Origin: Octopus bimaculoides
Taxonomy: Eukaryota
Length of the DNA stretch: 64,000 nucleotides
Direction of reading: 5' to 3'
Assembly: GCF_001194135.2 (NCBI RefSeq)
Contig: NC_068986.1
Coordinates: 43,989,351 to 44,053,350, forward strand
Of the stretch, positions 13,102 to 25,280 are shown piece by piece. Numbering within the stretch: the first letter of the stretch is position 1; each line of letters starts with the position of its first letter. The notes beneath the pieces were generated by a model that was not told the origin of the DNA, made no database searches, and saw nothing but the letters and a program-made list of their open reading frames with translations. The position numbers and the translations under genes are program-made.

Positions 13102-14910
13102 CTGTGAAAAAAAATAGAAAACTGTTTCTGTTAAACTGCGCAAATAGATGTTGGTAGTGACCATGTTTCAAAAATATACAAAGACAAGGGATCAAGATAT
13201 CTAGTACCTTGCTGTATGCAAGAAGACCCATCCACCACAAAAGAAATGCTGCTCCCACTGCTGAAGAAGACTGGCCTGAAAGAACCCTGCGATGATGCCA
13301 TGTAAAAGCACCTGCACTGGCACCACATGAAAAGCTTCTGTGCCAGCACCACATAACAGCACCTATATCAATGCCATGTATAAGCTCCCATGTAGGTGCC
13401 ACATAAAAGGTACCCAGCACACTCTGTAAAGCAGTTAGCATTAGGAAGGTCTCCAGCCATAGAAACAAAGCCAAATCAGACTGGAACCTAGTGCAGCTCT
13501 CCTGCTTGCCAGCTCTGGTCAAACTGTCCAACTCATACCAATATAGAAAACAGACATTAAATGATGATAATAGTGATGAATACATTTGCACAAAATGTAA
13601 AGAAACAATAAAAATTTTAATAAAATATTCACTGATAGGTTTTGTGACATTTAGGCAGACATGACATCCCAAACTGCCTTCATTTTATGGTGTTTCCATT
13701 AAGTTATGTCATTCTTCTAACCTGTCAGTAAATATGTTCCATATATAAGAACAGGATTGGCTGTGTTATAAGAAGTTTCCTTCCCAACCACATGATTCCC
13801 AGCTCAGTACCATGGCAGAGCACCTTTGGGTAAATGTCTTCTACTATAGCTCCAGGTCAACCAAAGTTTTGGGAGTAGATATGGTAGACAGAAACTGAAA
13901 GAAGTCTGTTGAATACATATGAATATGTGTATGTTCATGTCTGTTATTGCCGCATTGCCTTGACACCACATGACAGTTGTAAACGATAATTTGTCACCAT
14001 AATGCAATATACTACAGAGCTGGGCAAAATGAAATTGCAACAGAAATGATCATGTGAGTAACAGATGTGTATTCTGCAATGGATGCGACATAGTAACCTA
14101 CAGCTAAGGTATAACTAAGCACTAAGTCACAATTACATATTTGTTGTTCTCAAGATCACTTCTGAGGCAATTTCATTTTGCCAAGCTCTGAAACATATTG
14201 CGTTTTTTAACAGCTAAGCATATTATATGGACAGCTTGCATATGGACAAGGACAGCTGTGTAAAAAAAGTGCCAATCTCTAACTCTCTGACTGTAGAGGG
14301 AACTTGTGGAAGAGGTAAACCCAGGAAGACGTGGGATGAGGTGGTGAAGCATGATCCTCAAACGTTGGGCCTCACAGAGGCAATGACAAGTGACCAAGAC
14401 CTTTAGCGATATGCCATGCTTGAGAAAACCTGTCAAGCCAAGTGAAACCATAATCATGGCTGATGCTGGCGTCATGTAATAGGCACCTGTGCCAGGGGCA
14501 CATAAAAAATGTTGGACTCACAGAGATGATAAGTGACCAAGACCTTTGGTGATATGCCATGCTTGAGAAAACTCATCAAGCCAAATGAAATCATAAATGT
14601 GACCAATGCCAGTGTCATGTAACTGGCACCCATGCCAGTGGCACATAAAAAGCACCCATTACACTCTTAGAGTGGATTACGTTAGGAAGGGCATCTAGTC
14701 ATAGAAATCATGCCAAATCAGATTTGAACCTGGTGTAGCGCTCCAGCTTACCAGTTTCAGTCAAACCCTTTAACCCATGCCAGCATGAAAAACGGACGCT
14801 AAATGATGATGATGATGATGATGATGATCTTCTGTAAAACAATAATGACAAGTAAGTCTCTTCTTAAATGTTATCTAAACAAACTGCAAAGAGCTTAGCA
14901 GTCAACTAAC

Positions 14911-14959
14911 CCATGACTTCAGAATTGTCAGTTCTCTTCTTTTTACAAGGTGGATCACT
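14911..14959 (-). CDS. CPSF1: CPSF1 coding exon 12 (SDPPCKKKRTDNSEVM), basic NLS-like loop
   Basis: ttgtttcag ... GTTAGT; 49 nt; PPxKKKR matches the recalled human PPSKKKR; phases fit both neighbours. Confidence 0.9.
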
Positions 14960-15090
14960 CTGAAACAAAAACAAAATGAAAAGTCAATAACCTTTATATT
15001 GCAATGAAATTTGAAGGAAAATAAGAGGAAAGCAAAGATTTAATAGCTTCACTTTAAACAGATTATGGCTAGATAAAAGCGACAGCTCAC

Positions 15091-15213
15091 CTTTTTGCCA
15101 TCAGCATCAATTTTATTGACAGAAGCTTCAAGCATTTTTTCTGTGTACTTCAAAAGTAAAGAGTTACCGAGTCGTGACCCCAAAAATAAATACCCTTCTT
15201 CACACTGACACAT
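15091..15213 (-). CDS. CPSF1: CPSF1 coding exon 11 ([41 protein letters not shown])
   Basis: tatgacag ... GTGAGC; 123 nt; [19 protein letters not shown] motif. Confidence 0.97.
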
Positions 15214-16426
15214 CTGTCATAAATAAATAAAAAAGAATATTTTGACAAACAGATTTCTTTTGAGATAGTAGACAGTTAAATTCAGTAAGGTCTGAATGCA
15301 CCCCCAATGTGTTACCAGTACTTATGTTAGCAAATCTAGGTGAGTGCATGGTACAAACTGACACTCACAAGATTTTCATTTAGAACCTAAAATGGTCAAA
15401 AGATATTCTTAAAAATTAACAACAAAATAAGCATTGTTTCTTTTTGTGCAAAATGAATAAAACAAATTTTTTAATATTTTATATTTTTAAATAAACGTAT
15501 AAATATATAAATAGTTTTCTTACATAGGCACAAGAAACATTTTCATGGGGGAGTAGTATAGTCAACAGAATCAATCCACCTGCACAATTGAGTATTTTAT
15601 CAAACCAAGAGGATTAAGAGGAAAAGTCAACCCCAACAGTATTTCAACAAAAAAAATTAGAGAAGAAAGACTAAACACAATGAGGCATACACTTCTCTAC
15701 TACTTCTCTTAAGTCACTACTTTGATGACATGAATAATGTTTTGAAACAAGTTAATAATTTCTTACTAACAATCAGACATAGTTTGGACATGACTAAACA
15801 ATAGAATATATACACATGCCCAGTCTGCACTAAATTTAAAAAAAAAAAAAATTTTTTCTTTACAACTCAGTTATCTTCATCATCATCCTTTAATGTCTGT
15901 TTTCCATGCTGCCATGGGTTGGATGGCTTGACATGAGCTAGTTAACTGTCCAGGTTCCATATTTGTTTTGGCATGGTTTCCATGGCCAGATGCCCTTCCT
16001 AATGCCAACCACTTTACAGAGTGTACCAGCTTCACTTATGCAGCACCGGCACAGGTGGTCTTAAGTGGCACTAGCACAGGTGCTCTCATGTGGCACTAGT
16101 ACTCACAAACCTGCAAGATTAGGATCACTCAGCTGAAGAGGGATGCAGGGGACATGTCTGTATGCAAAGACAACTACAATTTTACTTAGCTTGATGGATC
16201 TTCTCAAGCACAGCAAACTGCCTTAAGTCTCAGTCATCCCCTCTATAAGGCCCAACGTCTTAAGATCCATTCTCACCAAATAGATCCTTTAAAAACAGCT
16301 ATCTGTATCATCTCAATAATTTCTGCTGTATACTACAATCAATACCTCAGATTCATTTGCATTAGAATTTGTTTAAAACTGTTTAGAAACTAAATGCAAA
16401 GTAAAACACAAGGAAAGAAAACTTAC

Positions 16427-16514
16427 ACATGTAGTAAGGACACTAGAAGCAGCTTTGTCAAAATGAAAACTCTTCACACTCCTCATGCCATCAACAACCA
16501 ATGTTAAGACATAC
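16427..16514 (-). CDS. CPSF1: CPSF1 coding exon 10 ([29 protein letters not shown])
   Basis: aatttcag ... GTAAGT; 88 nt. Confidence 0.96.
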
Positions 16515-16590
16515 CTGAAATTAAATGATTATAATAACAATAATAATCTGATTTTAGATGGATGGGAGTTTAAGTCAGTTTGTTCTTTAG

Positions 16591-16815
16591 CCCTTCGACT
16601 GTGAAATTAAATTTCATGGTTATTCCAGTAATAATGTTAAATATCTACCAAAAAGTAGAATTGGCATTTTCTGTAAGTCACATTGCCTCAATAAACTTCA
16701 CATATCTCAAGAGAAAATAGTCTCAATAAAAGATAGATTGGTATATAAAACTGCTTTCCACAATTAAGGGTAATGAAATTTTGAGTGGATACATCTAATT
16801 ATCCCACTAAAAGGG
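16591..16815. mobile_element. piggyBac-like MITE family B (second copy at 5518-5733)
   Basis: CCCTT...AAGGG termini; TTAG / TTAA flanks; body shared with 5518-5733. Confidence 0.72.
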
Positions 16816-16846
16816 TTAAGAAAGACAAATAAATATAAATACTTAC

Positions 16847-16940
16847 AGTTCTCCACCTTTCAGTGACAGAACTAATTTATCAAACGAGATCAGTGTTGCT
16901 TGGCAACAGTCCAGGGCAATTCGAACACCTTCTTGGGGTT
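16847..16940 (-). CDS. CPSF1: CPSF1 coding exon 9 ([32 protein letters not shown])
   Basis: cttttgcag ... GTAAGT; 94 nt. Confidence 0.96.
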
Positions 16941-17569
16941 CTGCAAAAGATGAGGTACGAGATATTTAATAAGAAATTAACTCCACCATATTCCAATCAA
17001 ATGGTTTTGTGTTGATTTTTGGTATCTTTCATTTGCAATATTTTCTTCATATTCCCATAGAAAAAGATAAAAACTCTGCTTCTATTCTACAAGGTCTAAC
17101 TACAGTCAAAAGAATTTCTGGAAGGAATTAAAATATGCTACTGCTACAAACATGATATGCACCTTAAGTCTTTGATGACATCAATCCTACTAACAATATA
17201 AGGAAATGGTAATCAAACCAGCAAAGTTGATGGCATGTATCTAATTCAAATAATAGATGTTTTTAAGTATTTTTACATCTGACAGATTAGATAGTGTTAT
17301 GAATTTAGGGGAAACACTTCACAGCTGAATACTCTTTCTAATCCTGATCAACTAACTACTAACTAAGGGTGACTGACACTAACTTATTCAAAATAGTTGC
17401 TTGAAAGAAGTAAATCAAAATACCTCGACTATACATACATTACAGTAAGAAACTTATAATCAATGACTATGGCTTTTTAAACACTATTTTAACGAATCAG
17501 AACACTACATTACTTCTGATAAAATAAAAGAATGAAATATAATTTAAAGTTTGTGAGATAGCAATTCTC

Positions 17570-18090
17570 TAGGTTTGGCTTCACAAGCAAAAATATACAG
17601 AGGGGAATGTCCACATCTTTTGCAAGATTGCTGATGCCTGATGAGTCTGATTTACGACAAACAGGCACAACCACAGAGACTGCATGGGAAAGTAGGCTGA
17701 CCAGGGTTGGTCATACTGCCTTATTTTAACTCCTTTCTCTGCAAGGATGATCCTGCAGGTGTCTTCAAAGAAGGCTGTTGCCTGGAGGACAGTGGAACAC
17801 AAGGCTTCATAATCAGCAGCAAGAACAGACCACCGGTGAAGATCAATGTGACAGATGCCAAGGGATTTCTTTAAGGAGTCCTTGTACCTCTTCTTCAGTA
17901 CTCTTCTATCATAATGACCAGAAGAGAGTTTGCCATGCAGTGTAACCTTGAGAAGTCAATGAACTGCATTTCTAGTGATGTGTCCAGCCTAGTGAGGCTG
18001 TCTTCAGTAGAGTTGTTTTGATGCTGGCAAGATTTTCTGTTTACACCATGCATTCTTTGAATGGAGGATATGAAGACAAATCTCAGAATT
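17570..18090 (-). mobile_element. RTE/BovB-like LINE ORF2 C-terminal fragment
   Basis: Frameshifted translation including KRYKDSLKKSL and a WAGH-like region. Confidence 0.72.
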
Positions 18091-18523
18091 CTTTTTCTAA
18101 AGGGAGTTGACAACTTGCAAGTTAAAGAAGCTAACTGAAGCACAATTTAGGCTCTGAATTGATGTCCATAAAATATCATCGATATGTGACAACATTTAAA
18201 TATAATCAACTTAATTGTATTCAACTTACTTGGGCCAGCCAAAGTGACATGACAACAAATAAAACTCACATTTACAATGTACACCAATGAACACTATATC
18301 ATATCAGCATATTTCATCCAAATTCAAACAGTAGTTATATATTTTTAGGATTTTTATATGAAAACAACTGCATTTAGTCAAAATGTTTTTCTAGTAGGAC
18401 TTGGAGATTTATATAGAGAAAGCATGACAGGACTTTAAGATTAAAGGTGTTCTCCACAAATACTATGTCACATTGGCATAAGCTTTACAAAAGAGAAGAC
18501 ATTCAGAAATAATGACTACTTAC

Positions 18524-18634
18524 TGAGTGGAAATGCTGTACAAGAAAGTGCAATACCATTTAATGAAACACCATAAGGGGGTACACTTTGATTCAAATAT
18601 AAGAGGGAATTTACTGCAAACACAACAACACCAC
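18524..18634 (-). CDS. CPSF1: CPSF1 coding exon 8 ([37 protein letters not shown])
   Basis: ctttaacag ... GTAAGT; 111 nt; [15 protein letters not shown] motif. Confidence 0.97.
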
Positions 18635-21195
18635 CTGTTAAAGAAAAATAAGCAAAAATAATATTTTATGTTTTTGATAATATCTTTCATTGGCATAAGA
18701 TTGTTAATTTGTAGGAGCTAGTAATAAGATCAAATGAATTAACTTCAGTGCACGATTGATATTTATCTTATCCTCAAAAATAGGAAAGGAAAAAAAAAAA
18801 TCAATTCCAGTAGGATCTGAACTTAACACTTTCATAATGATAATTCTACTGAAATACACCACCTTGATGCGTTTGAATTAATTTTGAAAATAATCAATAA
18901 TCTGAAAGTATTTAGTACTCAAGAAAACCCACCCACCACAACATAATTGATATCCTAAAACCAACGTGCCATATAAAAAAAGCATTGGTGTGAATGCTGG
19001 TGCCACATTATAAACACTGGTGTTGGTACCACATAAAAAACACCCTATAAAGTGATTGGTGTTAGGAAGGGCACATAGCTGTAAAAACCAAACCAAAACA
19101 GACTATGGAACCTGGTGCAGCCCCTGGCCTTGCCAGTTCCTGTCAAGCTATTCAACCCATGCCAGTATGGAAAACGGGTGTTAAATGACAATAATGATGA
19201 TATTTAGTAACATTGCACAACAGGGTACATAGCTCAGAGATCAGGATGTCTTTCCAGATCAAGCTGCTATTTCTCTGCATCGAGAGATCACAACTCCAGT
19301 ATGACATGTGGTCAGGATACTGCAGGAAAGGCTCACAAAACAGATTCCTCAAACCAAGACAACCAACAGGAGACCTACAGGTACACCACGAGCAAGATGG
19401 ATAATATCCATAGACTCAGTTCATCACACTAAGAAATCCAGCAGGAAAGCATGACAACAGTCACTTCTGATAGGAATCTATAGAGGAGATGGCTGTAGTC
19501 TCTACCCCTAAAACATCATCATCACTGTTTAACGTTCCCCTTCCATGCTGGCATACGTTGGATAGTTTGACAGGAGCTGGCCAGGCAGAAGACTGCACCA
19601 GACTTCTGTGTCTGTTTTGGTATGGTTTTTACAGTTGGTTGCCCTTCCTAACACCAACCACCCCACAGAGTGGACTGAGGTCAGTTTTGGCATGGTTTTT
19701 ACAGGTGAGGTTAGTTTTAGCATGGTTTTTTACAGCTGGATGCCCTTCCAAATGCCAACCACTTTACAGTATGGACTGGATGCTTTTTACATGGCACCCG
19801 CACTGGCAGGGTTACCAAGTTATTTCCCAGAAATAGTGGGCACCAAAAATGGATGGATGTTGTTTAGAATATAAAAGGTTTTATATAAAATTATGAAGCA
19901 AGATTTTAAATTTAAATAAGGACTGTTTAAATGAGTGGTTTTGTATCATAGAACTAGAGGCAATTCTAGGCAAGTTGGTATCAAAAGGGTTAAAATATAC
20001 TGGACGAAATACCAAATTACTGTTTCTGCCACTCCACCAACATATTAATGGCTTTTAACATAGGCACAAACCATAAATTATGGCAGACGGAATAGTTAAA
20101 CTGATTCCAGTAGATGACTGGTATATATTTTATTAAATCTTGAAGGGTGAAAGGCAAAAAAAGTAACTGAAGTGGGATTCAAACTCAGAATTCAAAGCAA
20201 CAGCAAAATCTTTCAAGACATTTTATCCAACACTACCAATTCTACTAATCCTCAAGCATGACAATAACAATCTTTTCTACCATAAGTGTAAAGCCCACAA
20301 ATTAACGCAGGGGAGAGTGAAGATCAGTGCTAGCACTTCAGCTGGTGCTAAATTATCAGCTCTAGAAGAATGTAAAACAAAGTTGACCATGGCAATATTT
20401 GTATTCAAAATGCAAAAAGATAAAACTAAACACATCAAGAACTCTTCCTATTTTGGGTATTTTCTCTGCCTTATTCTGGTTTGAGCCACTTTAAAGAAAG
20501 CAGGTCTGTTTTATTTACTGTGTACACCAACATAAGAGAAACTATCTTTTCAGACTAGTGCTTAGTGCTTTCTTTTTCCATACTAACTGTTCAGTTAAGA
20601 AAGCCAACTTCAAGCAATATGGGATCACAACAAACAGCAATTTTTCTATACATAAAAATCTCTGGTAGGCATCATCATCATCATCATTTAATATTTGTTT
20701 TCCATGCTTGCATGGGTTGGACAATTTAACAGGAGTTGGTAAGCCAGAGAGCTACATCAAGCTCTATTATCTGTTTTGGTATGGTTTCTATAGCTGGATG
20801 CTCTTCCTTACCAACCACTTGACAGAGTATATTGGGTGCTTTTTACGTGGCACCAGCACAGTCACTATTATAAATGGATACATAGTACAAATTATTACTA
20901 ATATGATACATAATAGTAAAAATCGTATTTTAATTTTCTAAATTATTGAAATGAAAAATGGTACTTTCTTTTTATTGAAAGTCAATTCTTTATTTACTAA
21001 AGGATTAGTAAATAAACTATTACACTCATGAGACAGATTTAATAGCTGATTGACAAGCTTTCAGAATAACTATCACTACTCCATGGAGAAGGAAAAGGGT
21101 CATTATTTAGTAGCTTATTTTACTAATCCTTTAGTAAACAAAAAATTGGCTACTGATAACTGTAAAGTACCAAAGAAACTATAGTGAACACTTAC

Positions 21196-21335
21196 CTATG
21201 GGTTTAGGAATTGGTAAAGCACAGAAGCAGTCAAAGGGTAAGTTTGTTAATGACCATATAACAGGATGAACTTTCTGTTGGATATTTAAAGAAATAGCCA
21301 CAATGCTGCAAGTATCTGTTCGTACAGCTGTTCGC
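21196..21335 (-). CDS. CPSF1: CPSF1 coding exon 7 ([46 protein letters not shown])
   Basis: ctttttag ... GTAAGT; 140 nt; [20 protein letters not shown] motif. Confidence 0.97.
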
Positions 21336-22427
21336 CTAAAAAGATATATTATTTCACAATATTTGATAAATTGATAGGAAATAGTTTCTGAAAAATTATT
21401 TCCTGTTCTAGGATAACCAACTGAAACAGCAAAAGAGACAAATTTTTAATTATTGCACTGGTGCCTCATTATTAAAGAAGCCCACTTTAAGTCAATTACC
21501 AATGTAAGTAGTCATGTAGTTTTTTCCACAGCAAGAAGACTGTTCTCTCTGGCCCTTTCTCTTATGTTTTTACTCCTTGTGTTTTAGAATAAAGCTGCTC
21601 ATTTGAGGTTCATAGTCTTGCAGGCTGCATAGTAACCTTACTAGTATCAGTGTCACAAACAAAGCAACTTGTATACACTGTAAAGTCGAATGCACTTCCT
21701 ATCCAACTGTAGAATTCATGCCAAAGAAAATGATGCAGACCTTGAACCCATTGGATCATGTCAAACCAGGCAACCTATGCCAGCATGGAACATGAATCTA
21801 TGATGATGATCGCCAATGTTTCATGAAACAAATGGCTGTGAATGTTTGTATATATGTAGCCATTTAATGGAGGCAACAGCTGCAGTGACAGTGGTACTGG
21901 TGGTGGTAGAAACAAGAATAATGATGATACTGATAGCAATCATGAGAATATATAATGATCTTGCTAATAATGGCAAACACAAAAGAGGAGGAGGAGATGG
22001 ATTTTAGAAACTTGCTTTTGTAAATTCAAATCATGGTGGGGGCCAACAATTAAGCAATTGATATGAAGCACTCATAAGTTCATCATCATCATCATTTAAC
22101 GTCTGCTTTCCATGCTAGCATGGGTTGGACGATTTGACTGAGGACTGGTGAACCAGATGGCTACACCAGGCTCCAATCTGATTTGGCAGAGTTTCTACAG
22201 CTGAATGCCCTTCCTAAGTTGATGTTTCATTTTTCTTAGATGTCATTTACATTTTCTATTGAAGAAAAAACCTGCTAAAACATGTTGGGTTTAGCTGGGG
22301 GTCTTTTTTTTTTTTTTATAATTAACAATAAAATATCAAATAATACAAACAAATTCAAATATTTGTTTCCATTTCATTCAAACAGAAAAACAAGCTTGCT
22401 TTTAAAGTTAAACTTTATCACACTTAC

Positions 22428-22571
22428 CCTGACCAAGTTTGCAGAGGTTCATACAAGATGAAAATTGTTGGTTCATAATAACCATGCAGAAACTGAATGT
22501 CTAAAACATTAGTAATTTTCTCATCCATGGAGCGAAGATCAATTAAATATGATGAAAGTATTGGTGGTTTA
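22428..22571 (-). CDS. CPSF1: CPSF1 coding exon 6 ([48 protein letters not shown])
   Basis: ctgtttcag ... GTAAGT; 144 nt; [10 protein letters not shown] motif. Confidence 0.97.
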
Positions 22572-22679
22572 CTGAAACAGAAAATATCTTATTTAAGTAA
22601 CAGCAATTAGATCTTTAAGTCTCTTTTTTTTCAACCATCATTATTTATTAATCCAGAGGAAAAAAAGCCAGAGAATTAA

Positions 22680-22893
22680 CCCTTTAGCATTTAAACTAGC
22701 CATATCCAGCCCAAATATTCTGTCTATTTTATGCTGAAACTGACCAGATCTGGCCTCTCACACCTACTCTACAACATCATCCTAAAAATAAACAATCACA
22801 TCATTGAAATTTTGAACTAATGAGATAATACATGATTAATTCAAAACAGTGAATAAATAAGCATTCACATTTGATAAACTGAATGCTAAAGAG
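22680..22893. mobile_element. piggyBac-like MITE family A (other copies at 12391-12606, 42948-43172, inverted 31781-31998, partial inverted 9036-9142)
   Basis: TTAA flanks, CCCTTTAGCATT termini, shared ~215-bp body across copies. Confidence 0.82.
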
Positions 22894-23416
22894 TTAATGC
22901 AAGTTTGGATATTTTACAGGTTTTGAATTATTTTAGATTTGTGAATAAGTGTATATGATGTCTTATATGATGAGAGTTGCATTATATAGGTTCTTACGGG
23001 TTAAACCAAATCTGACAGAGAAAAAACTAGAAGAATGAGTGCTTTAAATGATTTAAACATCTAAAAGTCCATTTCAGTAGCAAAAGCTCATTAACATTGC
23101 CATCAACATACCAACAGTCCAAGCAAATGCATTAAGTTAGAAATAATGAGTCAAAATATAACAGAACGCACGTAATAGATCAGGACATAAGAAACCTGCT
23201 GAAAATAAATTTTAAAACATCATCTATAATAATAAATGCCAAAACGAATTTCTGTGTCAGTGTGTCACACTTTGACCCCACCTCTCTCACTATTCAATGA
23301 CACTCCTACTATTCCTCATCTTGGGGTGAGAGTAATAGAGACGGTGAGGGCGGTAGTAGATTGACAGTTGTGATGGTAATGGTTGAAAACAATCAACAGA
23401 AAGAGAGAGAGAGAGA

Positions 23417-23476
23417 NNNNNNNNNNNNNNNNNNNNNNNNNNNNNNNNNNNNNNNNNNNNNNNNNNNNNNNNNNNN
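23417..23476. other. Assembly gap (other gaps: 28644-28653, 30222-30436, 57465-57711)
   Basis: Runs of N. Confidence 1.
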
Positions 23477-24008
23477 GCGACGGTGGGGGTGGGGGTGGTG
23501 GTGGTGGTAGCTGTGACAGTCAGAGATGGTGATAGTAAGCAATGTGAAAGACTGTGGTGATGATGGTGATGGAGGGGGAAGGCAGTGAAGTAAACGGTAT
23601 TGATGGTGGTGGCGTCAGAAGTCTGAATGGTTTATGTATGGTAGTTGTGGTGGTGATGATGGTGATACTGGTGATGGTGATGGTAATGGTTGAAAACAAT
23701 CAACAGAAAGAGAGAGAGAGAGAGAGAGAGGGAGACAGAGAGAGAGAGAGAGAGAGAGGGGGAGAGAGAAAGAGAGAGAGAGAGAGAAAGAAAGAAAGAG
23801 GTTAGACAGAAAAAAAATTGTACTGACCCCCGAATGGGAAGACAAAAAATGTTTATCATGCAGCTTTGCAATAAGTTCCAAGTCAACAAATTTTAGCATT
23901 GTTTTAATGAAAATATGTACTGAATGCTCGATATGGCAGCTCTTAAGCTAGTCTGACATAAAGCAACGTGTGTGCGTGTGTGTGCATGTGTGAGTCTGTG
24001 TACTTATA

Positions 24009-25280
24009 CTAGGGTAGGCTAAAAAGTTCATAGGCTGACTAAGAAGGAGTTATCATACAGTAATTAAACTTGACATGCATTGAATTCAACTTTTACTGAT
24101 GTTAACTGCATTTTTTCTTTCCAGATAAACCTACACTGGATACAGAATTGAGGACTTGGAAAAGTGGTGCTAGAAACATTTTGTGAAAATGGATAAAATT
24201 TGGCACCATGGTGCTATCAAATATCTACAGAAAAAGGCGTTAGCCCCCAAGGACATTCATGCTGACATGGTTGCTACATTAGGGGATGATGCTCCAGCTT
24301 TATCAACTGTGCAAAAGTGGGCAGCTGAATTCAAGAGGGGTAGGGAGAGTCTTGAAGATGACCCGAGGTCCAGACGTCCTGCCACAGCCACCACCCAAGA
24401 AAACATCAACCACGTTCACCGCATGGTGATGGATGACAGACATTTAAATGTTAATCAGATAGTTAATGTAGGCCTCTCCTGTGAACGAGTTGAGAACATT
24501 CTGCATAACGAACTTGGTATGTTGAAGGTTTCCGCTCGGTGAGTACCACCAATTTTGACACCTGATCAAAAGCACACTATGCTGGTTATGTTACAGGTGA
24601 ACTTGGCACTTTTTGAAGCAAATACAGCTGGTTTTCTTGAGCATTTCCTCACCCAAGATGAATATTGAGACCAAACAGCAGTCCATGCAGTGGAAACACC
24701 CATCTTCTCCCCCGCCAAAGAAGGCCAAGGTGATGTCATCGGCAGGGAAGGTGATGGCCTCCATCTTTTGGGATGCAAAGGGCTTTGTGTTCATTGACCA
24801 CTTTCAGAAAGGCCATACTATCAATGGAGAATACTATGCCAACTTGCTGAGTCAGCTGCGAAAAGCAATCAAATCAAAACAGCCTGGAAAACTAACAAAG
24901 AGTATCCTGCTTCACCAGGACAATGTTCCTGCACACAAGTCTGTGGTTACAATGGCTACTGTGCATGACTGTGGCTTTGAACTGGTTGATCACCCTCCAT
25001 ATTCTCCTGATTTGGCACCATCTGACTATTTTCTGTTCCCCAACAGGACAAAACACTTGGCTGGGAAGCAGTATCAGACCAATGATGAGGTCATATCTGC
25101 TGTTGAGGACTTTTTTGAGGGTCAGGATGAGAGCTTCTATACCATGGGAATCCAAGCGCTACAATACTGATGGAAGAAGCATATGGACCACAGGGGAAAC
25201 TATGTCGAAAAATAAAACATATTTGGTCAAGTTCAATCATTGCATCATGGGCAACCTATGAACTTTTCAGTCCACCCTCA
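24009..25280 (+). mobile_element. Full-length decayed mariner (DD34D) transposon, 1272 bp
   Basis: ~28-bp imperfect TIRs with TA on both sides. Transposase fragments at 24189-24542 and 24613-25170 contain HTH, WVP (TGG>TGA), TQDE, HQDN and YSPDLAPSD; I count 34 residues between the second and third D. Stops and a deletion are present. Confidence 0.95.

Noticed and set aside
12926-13672. 248-aa ORF, the longest in the track
   Set aside because: Only 13004-13101 is CPSF1 exon 13; the rest is chance read-through of intron and repeat sequence.
23370-23730. Repeated gtgatggtaatggttgaaaacaatcaacagaaagagag block
   Set aside because: It flanks a 60-N gap in low-complexity sequence and is probably an assembly artefact.
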